From: a virus
Taxonomy: Duplodnaviria > Heunggongvirae > Uroviricota > Caudoviricetes
Direction: 5' to 3' (one strand)
Length of the DNA stretch: 64,000 bases
Virus record (IMG/VR): IMGVR_UViG_3300032007_000003
Location: 120,029-184,028 of that record
The position numbers and the translations under genes were made by a program. Below, in pieces: positions 45,397 through 53,569 of the stretch (positions are counted from its first letter, which is position 1; each line of letters begins with the position of its first letter). Under the pieces are notes generated by a model. It was not told where the DNA came from, searched no databases, and saw only the letters and a program-made list of their open reading frames with translations.

Positions 45397-45892
45397 GATA
45401 TTCAAGTTGTTTTTAAAACATGGGGTTACTCCAAACGAGAGATTAGCATTGATGACTGAGATACGTACCAATATACGTAATAAGAAGAATCTTTATATAT
45501 GGAGAAAAAAATTTTATTCTGAAAAAGAAAAAGAAATATTTGAAATAGAGAATTCTTTTGCAGAGAGAATTATGTATAATACCTTATATATATCGAATCA
45601 TCTTGGGAGATATGGTGAGTCATCTACTTGTACGTCTCTATCATCTTTTATGAAGTATCTTTTGTATTACATGCCATCAATAATTGGTACACCAAAAAAT
45701 AAAAACAGATTTCTTGAAAGAGAGTTGATTGACATTCCAGAGAAAGTTGGCTATAGAAGGTATTGGGAAACTAGATTGATAAAGAAGTGGCACAATTTTC
45801 TCAAGGAAAATATTGCAAGATATGATAGGTATGTCACTCCTTGGGGGTATTCATACAATAAATGGATGTTAAGGAATGGAGTTGAACTATAA
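45383..45892 (+). CDS. Tandem paralog family member 3 (divergent)
   Basis: MTPTEIFKLFLK...FMKYLLY..P...KKWHNFLKENI. Confidence 0.65.
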   Translation: MTPTEIFKLFLKHGVTPNERLALMTEIRTNIRNKKNLYIWRKKFYSEKEKEIFEIENSFAERIMYNTLYISNHLGRYGESSTCTSLSSFMKYLLYYMPSIIGTPKNKNRFLERELIDIPEKVGYRRYWETRLIKKWHNFLKENIARYDRYVTPWGYSYNKWMLRNGVEL

Positions 45893-45903
45893 TATACGTT
45901 TAC

Positions 45904-46302
45904 ATGGGTAAAATTATTGTTTATAATTCTCACATTGAAGACCATACAAATGGAAGCTGTTGTAATTTCTATATCGGTAGAGGTAGCCCATTAGGAAACC
46001 CATTTACTCATAATGGTGTTAGGAGCATATTTAAAACTATGACGTTTAAGACTAGGGAACAAGCTATTGAAGCCTATGAAAAGTATTTCGATGAAGTCTA
46101 TGGAAAGGATGAATGGTTTACTAGGGCTTTCGATGAAATATATGAACACTACAAGAATGGCGAGGATATATACCTCCAATGTTTCTGCAAGCCAAAGGCA
46201 TGTCATGGTGATGTGATTGCCGAGAAATTACAGAGGAAGCTTATCAAGGAAAAAATGGAGGAAAGGAAGAATGAAAAGATTTCCAATGAAAAGAAAGACT
46301 AA
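45904..46302 (+). CDS. DUF4326 domain protein
   Basis: YIGRGSPLGNPF; TREQAIEAY; LQCFCKPKACHGDVI. Confidence 0.8.
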   Translation: MGKIIVYNSHIEDHTNGSCCNFYIGRGSPLGNPFTHNGVRSIFKTMTFKTREQAIEAYEKYFDEVYGKDEWFTRAFDEIYEHYKNGEDIYLQCFCKPKACHGDVIAEKLQRKLIKEKMEERKNEKISNEKKD

Positions 46303-46444
46303 ATATGCGTTTAGGTCTTATTCATTTCCAGGTGAAAGGGATTATAAGTCTGATAGACAGCATATGTGGAGCAAATGGAGAAAAAAGTATATGAGGCTTT
46401 TCATCAAGCGAGAAGCTGAAGAAGAAATAAGCGAAGAAACGTAA
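46271..46444 (+). CDS. Small basic protein (MKRFPMKRK...)
   Basis: ATG at 46271 in the frame of ORF 46217; terminator follows (46443-46474). Confidence 0.5.
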   Translation: MKRFPMKRKTKYAFRSYSFPGERDYKSDRQHMWSKWRKKYMRLFIKREAEEEISEET

Positions 46445-46510
46445 AGCAACAATAGAAATATTGCTGCTTTTTTTGTAACCATAATATTTATAGTAAATAA
46501 ATAAATTAAT

Positions 46511-47659
46511 ATGGTTTTATCTGAAGATATACAATCTCTATTCAGAACTGTAAGAACGATGCTTGGTGCTCCATTGAGAAAGGTTCAGCTTGAGGATGAG
46601 CAGCTTTGTGACCTTCTAGATGTAGCAATCGGTGATTATTCTGAGAAGGTTCAGAATTGGGTATTAGAGACACAATGGCTTAATATACAGAATAAGAATG
46701 CTATACAGTTTCAAAATGCTAACGAATTGGCATACGCTATGACTGTTAGAACTATGGACTGGTCACGTGATTACTCATATTGGTTCTCTCGTGAGGTTGG
46801 TTTGCAGCAGAGAGGTAACTACGAGCTTAAGAAGGATTTCTTTAGAATCGAAAAGGGAAAGCAAGTGTATGTCATTCCAGCAGGACGTGAGATTAATAAG
46901 GTAATGTATATAACCCCATCCACTACCAAGGCAGCATTGTATGGAAACTTAGGTACACTTGATACAGGTATCGGTGGAGGTTTCGGACAGTATGGTAATA
47001 TGGGTAATGGTATGGGTATCACTGGATTCTATGTCGGTTCTGCATATGATACAGCGTTGATGTCAGTTGATTTGAAATATAAGAACTCTCTATTGAGAGG
47101 TGACTTGGCTTATAAGGTAACTGCTGGTCCAGATGGTACACACCTTGTACACTTGATGTCAGTTCCTGGTTCTCCAAATATGGTTGGCGGTATTGCTGCT
47201 GATGATACTTGGGGATGGAATCGTTATGCTAACTGCATCTGTTGGTACACCTATTATGATGTTAATGGTGCAGAAGATGCAGACCTTTGTATGTTGGAGA
47301 ATAAGGATGATGTGATTATAACACCAGACCAAGTGCCATTGGATAAGATGAAGTACGAACTCATGAACAATCCAACACAGCAGATTATAAGACGTTTGCT
47401 TGTGGCAGAAGCAAAAATATTGCTTGGTATCATAAGAGGTACATTCAGTGGAGCAGTAAAGATTCCAGAGGCTGAAATGCAGATGGACTATAACATGTTG
47501 CTTCAGCAAGGCGAAAAGGAGAAGGAAACTGTGCTTAACGAGATAAAGGAACGTTTGGATAGAATGACCCCTTGGAACTTGATGGAAAAGCAGAGTACCA
47601 TGAATGACCAACTTATTAAGGTATTAAAGAATAAGCCACTAGGCTTTTATGTAAGATAA
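46511..47659 (+). CDS. Head-tail connector/neck protein (T4 gp13-like)
   Basis: VRTMLGAP..KVQLEDEQL N-terminus; AEAKILLGIIRGTF.G...P...LLQQGEKEK C-terminus; TATTTATA at 46485. Confidence 0.75.
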   Translation: MVLSEDIQSLFRTVRTMLGAPLRKVQLEDEQLCDLLDVAIGDYSEKVQNWVLETQWLNIQNKNAIQFQNANELAYAMTVRTMDWSRDYSYWFSREVGLQQRGNYELKKDFFRIEKGKQVYVIPAGREINKVMYITPSTTKAALYGNLGTLDTGIGGGFGQYGNMGNGMGITGFYVGSAYDTALMSVDLKYKNSLLRGDLAYKVTAGPDGTHLVHLMSVPGSPNMVGGIAADDTWGWNRYANCICWYTYYDVNGAEDADLCMLENKDDVIITPDQVPLDKMKYELMNNPTQQIIRRLLVAEAKILLGIIRGTFSGAVKIPEAEMQMDYNMLLQQGEKEKETVLNEIKERLDRMTPWNLMEKQSTMNDQLIKVLKNKPLGFYVR

Positions 47660-47670
47660 ATAATGTTAAA

Positions 47671-47719
47671 ATTTGGGCTGATATTTTGTCAGCTCAATTT
47701 TTTTTCATATCTTTACAAC
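47671..47719 (+). promoter_or_regulatory. Terminator/promoter fusion cassette 4
   Basis: TTGGGCTGATA-TTT-TGTCAGCTCAA plus T-run; TTTG (47685) N19 TATCTTTAC (47708). Confidence 0.75.
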
Positions 47720-47729
47720 AAAAAAAGAC

Positions 47730-47909
47730 ATGGCATTATATAGAGAACAGTTAGAGCCTTACATGTACTCTGAGAAGAGACGTAAGCGCAAGTCCTATAA
47801 GTGGGCTAAGAAACAGATGAACAAGTGGCTTCGCATCAAGAACAAGAAGATTGGCGAAGACGATTCTAGTGGACACGGTAAAAAACAGTGGTATGGGCAT
47901 GAGTGGTAA
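47730..47909 (+). CDS. Small basic protein (59 aa, MALYREQLEPY...), not in the ORF track
   Basis: First ATG after cassette 4; K/R/W-rich. Confidence 0.55.
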   Translation: MALYREQLEPYMYSEKRRKRKSYKWAKKQMNKWLRIKNKKIGEDDSSGHGKKQWYGHEW

Positions 47910-47928
47910 CAAATTCAAACCAACCAAT

Positions 47929-48186
47929 ATGAAATGTACTACTTTTAAGTATATTGGTGAGAATGGCGAGAAGGTTGAGAAACCAAAGAAGCAGTTTAAT
48001 AGCGAGGAAGAAGCGTTTAAGCAAGCTTGCTATTACAATGCCTATGGCAACACCATACATAAGTTATCGACTTACAAGTGTTGGTCTTGTGGAAAATGGC
48101 ACATTGGGAGGACACCACATGTTCTAACTCAAGAGGATAGAGAGAAATATAAGCAAAGACTTGCAGAGTTAAGTAAGAATAGATAA
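47929..48186 (+). CDS. Small zinc-finger protein (YKCxxCxxWHIG), paralog of 41231
   Basis: KKQFNSEEEA...YKCWSCGKWHIG; ATG at 47929. Confidence 0.65.
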   Translation: MKCTTFKYIGENGEKVEKPKKQFNSEEEAFKQACYYNAYGNTIHKLSTYKCWSCGKWHIGRTPHVLTQEDREKYKQRLAELSKNR

Positions 48187-48250
48187 AATTATGAAAGAGA
48201 AGAAGTATGGGGATGGATGGTACTTGAGGAAATAAAAAAAGGCTAAGAAA

Positions 48251-49507
48251 CTAAATCTTAGCCTTTTTTCTTTTTCCTAATGGTTTTTGGGTTTTTGCCC
48301 TCATATTGTCAATTTTATCTGACATAGTATTCAAACGTTTTTGATTCTTCTGAGAATTATATGATTTGATTTCACTTGGGCTAGCCCATCCGTTTTGAAT
48401 AGCTAACTGAATGGTCTTATCAATCTCATCTTTTTTGAATAGATGTTTTAAACCATTGGCTGCTGTTAAACCATGATACTTAACAAAGATAGTATATGGT
48501 TTTCCAGTTTTATTACGGTTAAAGCATACTCTACACAAGTCACAGTGTGGCTCTCCCTCGCCACAAGGACATTTATAGAAAAATTTACCATTATATTCAC
48601 CAAGTATAGGTTGGAAATTATTATCTACTTGGTCTCCACCTTGTAATGAGTCATAGAGATTATCATTTACAGCATGGAATCTTCTTTTTGGTTCTTCACC
48701 TATATTAATCCCTTCATGTGATGGAAGAACTGAGAAATTCTCTGGTCTATTTGAGAAATCTAGATTTCTTGCAGTATAAGCATGTACTTTTATTCCGTAT
48801 TTAGCACCAACTTTTTTAGCGAATTTACTCCAAAGGTCAACTGATAATTGGCAAGGGAAATCTCCAGCTTCATTAAGTCTTATATCAGTTATTTTTGGTT
48901 CTTCTGAAATGTCTTTTACTGTTTGTTCTACCTCTGGAGTTATTACCTTTCCTCTTCTTCTCAAAGAATCTATTGTCTGAGTATATATGTTCTTTGCTGC
49001 TGCATTACCAATTTGGATATACATTTCAACGAGGCTGAAATAATCTCTCATTGGCTTCTTGTTACCTTTTTGGTATTTTCTTAATAGTTCAGTATTCATC
49101 AAGTCATTTTGAAGATTTCTGTTTCTTGAATTTGGATACTGGTTTTCACCTCTTTGTGCATAACAAGCTCCATTCTTAATTGTACAGATACCAAGGTAGT
49201 ATGAAGGGCAAGCCAAAGCAGATGTAATATTAATCATAAGAACATTCTGAGGTACTTTCGCATTACCAGCTAAAGCAATTACTCTTGGAACATCGAGTTT
49301 TTCTTCTCCGTATATTTCAGCTTTGCTTTTAGTCAATTCATCTAAATCATTGAAGGTTTCTTGGAATAGTTCTTGCTGTTTCTTTTTAATCGCAGCCCAT
49401 AGAACATTAAGATTCTCCCCATTTATTTTTTGGTCATTATAATATGGGTTCTCATCCTCCATCAATTTTAGTTTATTATATTGATTTTCTGTAATATTTA
49501 CTCTCAT
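48251..49507 (-). CDS. Gp88-like Cys-rich protein with tag-like N-terminus (MRVNITENQYNKL)
   Basis: GNAK; SALACP...C....CYA; IRLNEAGDF; HAYTAR; CPC...CDLCRVC; ATG at 49507; TATTTAT on the minus strand at 49527-49533. Confidence 0.65.
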   Translation of the reverse strand: MRVNITENQYNKLKLMEDENPYYNDQKINGENLNVLWAAIKKKQQELFQETFNDLDELTKSKAEIYGEEKLDVPRVIALAGNAKVPQNVLMINITSALACPSYYLGICTIKNGACYAQRGENQYPNSRNRNLQNDLMNTELLRKYQKGNKKPMRDYFSLVEMYIQIGNAAAKNIYTQTIDSLRRRGKVITPEVEQTVKDISEEPKITDIRLNEAGDFPCQLSVDLWSKFAKKVGAKYGIKVHAYTARNLDFSNRPENFSVLPSHEGINIGEEPKRRFHAVNDNLYDSLQGGDQVDNNFQPILGEYNGKFFYKCPCGEGEPHCDLCRVCFNRNKTGKPYTIFVKYHGLTAANGLKHLFKKDEIDKTIQLAIQNGWASPSEIKSYNSQKNQKRLNTMSDKIDNMRAKTQKPLGKRKKAKI

Positions 49508-49542
49508 TTTTGCGTAGTTTATAACAATAAATACATTTTTAT

Positions 49543-49575
49543 TTTGAAATTTAACTTTTTTTATATATCTTTGCA
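49543..49575 (+). promoter_or_regulatory. Bacteroidetes-type promoter
   Basis: TTTG (49543) N19 TATCTTTGCA (49566). Confidence 0.72.
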
Positions 49576-49590
49576 TTAAATAACATTCAA

Positions 49591-50763
49591 ATGATACAAC
49601 CAATTAGGAAAAGAGTAGCAGAAGCCAATGGAATAAAGTCTAAGAATGGCGGTTACACAGTAGTTTTCGATATGAACAACATTATGAAGATGGCTTCAGT
49701 TGACCATAAAATGAATAATGATGGTAAAGAATATGGAATAATACTCACATCTATCAAGATGATAGGTGATGTTCTTAGGAAGAAGGACTTTAATTACTGC
49801 ATTGCTGCATACGATGGCGAGGGTAGTGGAGTCCTTAGATGGGAGTTATATAAGGATTATAAAGCCAATAGGGATAAGAACTATGAATTACACAGTCCAA
49901 AACGTACAGATTATGATAAATTCATAGATGGTTATGTGAAATCGGTATTATCACATTCAAGAGAGAAAGCCGACAAAGAGACTGAGGATGAGAGTTTTGC
50001 TAGGCAGAAATCTATTATTCAGCATATATTGGATGAACTTTGCATAAGGCAATATGAGTTTGAAAATGTTGAAGGTGATGATATCATAAGTTACTACGTG
50101 GCATCAAAGAAACCAAATGAAAAGGTAGTTATTGTTTCTTCAGATAAAGACCTTACACAGTTAATATCCGATACCGTTATAATTTATAATCCAAGAAAAA
50201 AGGAATACATAACAAAGGACAATGCAGTAAAGGAAATTGGAGTGTTGTCAGAGAATGTAGTTATTGAAAAAATGATATGCGGTGATGTGTCTGATAATAT
50301 AAAAGGTGTTAAGGGTGTTGGTAATGAAACGTTATGGAAATTGTTTCCAGAGATAAAGGAGAAGAAAATCGATTTGGGTTTCATTCTGAGGCGTTCTAGG
50401 GAGTTGCTTGATGAGAGGAAGGCTGAGAAGAAAAAGCCTCTCAAATCGCTTGAAAATATCCTTAATGGGGTTACAGATGGTTGCCAAGGGGATAGGTTGT
50501 ATGAAATCAATGAGAAAATTATAGATTTATCAAAACCATTATTAACTGATGAGGCAAGAGAGACGATGGATGATGAGTTTTATGCACCTATAGATACATC
50601 AGATAGGAATATTAAGAATATATACGAGATAGTTAAAGAGAACAAGGTAAACGAGATTCTAGACGAACAAAAGTTCGGCAACATACTTGAGCCATTCGCT
50701 AGAATACAAATGATGGAAAACAAAAGATATTATGAGTTTAAAAGAGAGAATGCAAACAAATAA
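49591..50763 (+). CDS. 5'-3' exonuclease/flap endonuclease (T4 RNase H / PolI N-terminal family)
   Basis: YKDYKANR; VEGDDII; SSDKDLTQL; GDVSDNIKGVKGVG. Confidence 0.9.
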   Translation: MIQPIRKRVAEANGIKSKNGGYTVVFDMNNIMKMASVDHKMNNDGKEYGIILTSIKMIGDVLRKKDFNYCIAAYDGEGSGVLRWELYKDYKANRDKNYELHSPKRTDYDKFIDGYVKSVLSHSREKADKETEDESFARQKSIIQHILDELCIRQYEFENVEGDDIISYYVASKKPNEKVVIVSSDKDLTQLISDTVIIYNPRKKEYITKDNAVKEIGVLSENVVIEKMICGDVSDNIKGVKGVGNETLWKLFPEIKEKKIDLGFILRRSRELLDERKAEKKKPLKSLENILNGVTDGCQGDRLYEINEKIIDLSKPLLTDEARETMDDEFYAPIDTSDRNIKNIYEIVKENKVNEILDEQKFGNILEPFARIQMMENKRYYEFKRENANK

Positions 50764-51067
50764 TTGCGACTGGTTAGAAGAGTATCTTAAGAACCTACTC
50801 AAATCAAAGGATTTTAAGAAGTATAATAGGGCTAAGAATCTTATATATTATTTTCCCCAGATAGTTAACGGATTATCTCAGAGCGACTTTGAAATAGCTA
50901 TTTCAAAGTCAGCAGATACCTATATCTGTCTTGGCAGTGAAGATAATAGATATAAGGTATTCGATGATATGTACAAAGAAAAAAACAGCAAAGAGTTTGA
51001 GCCTAATACTTATGGGGATTCTAGATATGTAACGGTTGAAGACGTGTCTAATTACTTTGGTTTATAA
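50750..51067 (+). CDS. Hypothetical protein
   Basis: Frame of ORF 50732; ATG at 50750 (MQTNN) more likely. Confidence 0.5.
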   Translation: MQTNNCDWLEEYLKNLLKSKDFKKYNRAKNLIYYFPQIVNGLSQSDFEIAISKSADTYICLGSEDNRYKVFDDMYKEKNSKEFEPNTYGDSRYVTVEDVSNYFGL

Positions 51068-51094
51068 GTTTTTTAAAACTTTTTAAGTTAAAAA

Positions 51095-51128
51095 TTTGGA
51101 GTTTTAACATTTTTTTAATATCTTTGCA
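51095..51128 (+). promoter_or_regulatory. Bacteroidetes-type promoter
   Basis: TTTG (51095) N20 TATCTTTGCA (51119). Confidence 0.75.
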
Positions 51129-51170
51129 ACACAATTTAACAAATATGTTTAACTTTTAACAATTTAAATT

Positions 51171-51947
51171 ATGGAAAATAAGGAAATTAAGGATTACAAA
51201 GAGGAGAGATTTGAATTTACTGTGTATGTTAATGACAACATTATCTGTAAAAGGAATTTCAGAATCTACAATTTCATTGAGAACAGTATGAACACTTTGG
51301 AGTTTAAGGAAAAACTTGATGAAATCGTTAAATTAATTGACGATGATTTAAAGTCCAAGAGTCGTGTTTATACTTGGTATTATTACAATCCACAGTTCCC
51401 AGAGGATAATGAGGAATTTAACACAAAACTTATTGAACCTTGGGCTTGTACATTTAAGATTGTAATATCTGATAACAAGAAAGACGTAATCACTAGAATT
51501 TGGGATGGTTATGCTTATCCTAAGTACATCCGTGACAAGGTTGACCTAAGTAATAAGAATGTAAAGGTGACAACCAAGGACGGACAAACATTTTCATACG
51601 AGAAGGAGGCTTTCTTTAAGGCAAATGATGGAAGACTTTCATTCGAGCATGAGGTTTTGAAGAAAATGATAATTGACAAGCCAGATGTATTGCTTCAGAT
51701 TACAAAGAAAATTTGTGAGGCTTGTTCCCCTTCGAAGGAGGAGATTAAGGAAAAGGGGTATTTTGACCCTAGAGAGAATGGTAAATATCTCAGCAAGTAC
51801 ACCGTAATTGATGAATACGGTAAGGATGCAGATGGTAAGTCCAAGAAATATGCTTACAGTTTGTATCTAGCAAACAAGAAAATTGAAAAGGATTGGGAAC
51901 GTGCAGTTATGAGTAAAACCAATCGCTATTTCAAGAATCTTTACTAA
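51171..51947 (+). CDS. Hypothetical protein co-transcribed with the helicase
   Basis: ORF track. Confidence 0.7.
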   Translation: MENKEIKDYKEERFEFTVYVNDNIICKRNFRIYNFIENSMNTLEFKEKLDEIVKLIDDDLKSKSRVYTWYYYNPQFPEDNEEFNTKLIEPWACTFKIVISDNKKDVITRIWDGYAYPKYIRDKVDLSNKNVKVTTKDGQTFSYEKEAFFKANDGRLSFEHEVLKKMIIDKPDVLLQITKKICEACSPSKEEIKEKGYFDPRENGKYLSKYTVIDEYGKDADGKSKKYAYSLYLANKKIEKDWERAVMSKTNRYFKNLY

Positions 51948-51979
51948 GAAAATAACAGATTACAAAGAGTGGTTTTTTA

Positions 51980-53386
51980 ATGGCTCAAAATAATAAAAAA
52001 GATTTAGGATTCTTAGGTGAGAAATTTCAATATAAACTCACCCATGAGTTCATGGAAAACCACACTTTCTTTGAGGATTTGAGTTGTATCATAGACCAAA
52101 ATATGTTTACTGACCCAAACCTCAAGACATTTGTTGGTGTAATGAAGAACTTTTTTGAAAGAGAAGGTAATGTACCATCTTACGATATGATGGAAATTGA
52201 ATTGCGAGATATTTCACACTCTGACAAGGAGATTGAAACATATCTCGCAATTATTGAAAAAGTTAAGAATACCCCAAGTGACGGTGTGGACAGAATAAAG
52301 GACTTGGCTGAAAAGTTCTTTAGACAACAAAATATTGTCAGAACAGCCAACGAGATACTTAGAATCGCAGGAAATGGCGATGTGGAAAAGTATGATACTT
52401 GTGTTGGATTATTAAATGATGCCATGACACAAGGAATACATAACGATTTCGGAGAAAAACCTTTTGACCATATAGGCGAAACTTTATCAGATGATTATAG
52501 AATACCAATTCCAACTGGTATAGGAAAAATTGACGAGGCGCTAGAAGGTGGACTTGGTAAGGGAGAGTTAGGAGTAATCATTGGACCGACTAGTTTTGGT
52601 AAGACTTCACTTACCACAGCAATGGCTTCACATGCAGCTTGCTGTGGTTATAAGGTATTACAAATCGTATTTGAGGATAGAATTAAGCAGATTCAGAGAA
52701 AACACCTTGGACGTATCACTGGAATTGAAGCCAAAGATTTATCAAAGCCAGAGAATATTGATAGGGTAAGAGAAACAATTGAGAATTTTCCAGATAAGGA
52801 CAAACTTAATGAGAATCTTAGAATTGTTAAATTCCCAAGTGGTGAGAAGACAGCAAGACAACTTGAGAGGTTTATCAAGAAACTGATTAATAGTGGCTTT
52901 AAGCCAGATTTGACGATTATTGATTATTTCGAGTGTCTTGAACATGAAACTGATAGGACAACGAGTAATGAGTTCTCACAAGAGGGTAAAACTATGCGTA
53001 GGTTTGAAGCGATGGCTGGTGAACTTGATATGGCTATCTGGATTCCATCACAAGGCACTAAGGATTCAATCAACCTAGAACTAGTTACAATGGATAAGAT
53101 TGGTGGTTCGGTTAAGAAAGCTCAGATTGCACATGTTATTATGTCTATTGCAAGAACAGTGGATGATATAGCCAATAATAAAGCAACAATAGCTATCCTC
53201 AAAAATCGTGCAGGAAAGAGTGGAAAGGTCTTTAATAATGTAGAATTCAATAACGGAACATGTCGTATAAGTACTGATAATGTTGATGAATTGGATAGTT
53301 TATTCGAGCTTAAAAAGAAGCAAGAAGATATAAGACTAAATACACAAAAAGAGATTTTTATGAGCGTTAGAAATGAGAAAAAATAA
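51980..53386 (+). CDS. Replicative DNA helicase (DnaB/gp41 family)
   Basis: IPTGIGKIDEALEGGLGKGELGVIIGPTSFGKT; IIDY; WIPSQ; ILKNRAG. Confidence 0.9.
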   Translation: MAQNNKKDLGFLGEKFQYKLTHEFMENHTFFEDLSCIIDQNMFTDPNLKTFVGVMKNFFEREGNVPSYDMMEIELRDISHSDKEIETYLAIIEKVKNTPSDGVDRIKDLAEKFFRQQNIVRTANEILRIAGNGDVEKYDTCVGLLNDAMTQGIHNDFGEKPFDHIGETLSDDYRIPIPTGIGKIDEALEGGLGKGELGVIIGPTSFGKTSLTTAMASHAACCGYKVLQIVFEDRIKQIQRKHLGRITGIEAKDLSKPENIDRVRETIENFPDKDKLNENLRIVKFPSGEKTARQLERFIKKLINSGFKPDLTIIDYFECLEHETDRTTSNEFSQEGKTMRRFEAMAGELDMAIWIPSQGTKDSINLELVTMDKIGGSVKKAQIAHVIMSIARTVDDIANNKATIAILKNRAGKSGKVFNNVEFNNGTCRISTDNVDELDSLFELKKKQEDIRLNTQKEIFMSVRNEKK

Positions 53387-53410
53387 AAAAAAATTTTTTC
53401 ATTTTAGTAT

Positions 53411-53454
53411 AAGTTGGTTATCAGATAGTTGCAATTTTGATGACCAATTTTTTT
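53411..53454 (+). terminator. Intrinsic terminator after the helicase
   Basis: AAGTTGGTTATCAGA...TTGATGACCAATTTTTTT. Confidence 0.6.
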
Positions 53455-53569
53455 AATTTTTGATGTTTTTTTTGTGATTTAATTCCATATTTATTTTAAC
53501 ATCAGATGTAAAATTAATGGTTAACCGAATCAAAAATAATAAAATAATAAAGAAATAAAGTTTTGCTTA

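Noticed and set aside
49508-49603. N-terminal 32 aa of ORF 48251..49603
   Set aside because: Spans the divergent promoter region; the ATG at 49507 fits the late-motif spacing and the tag
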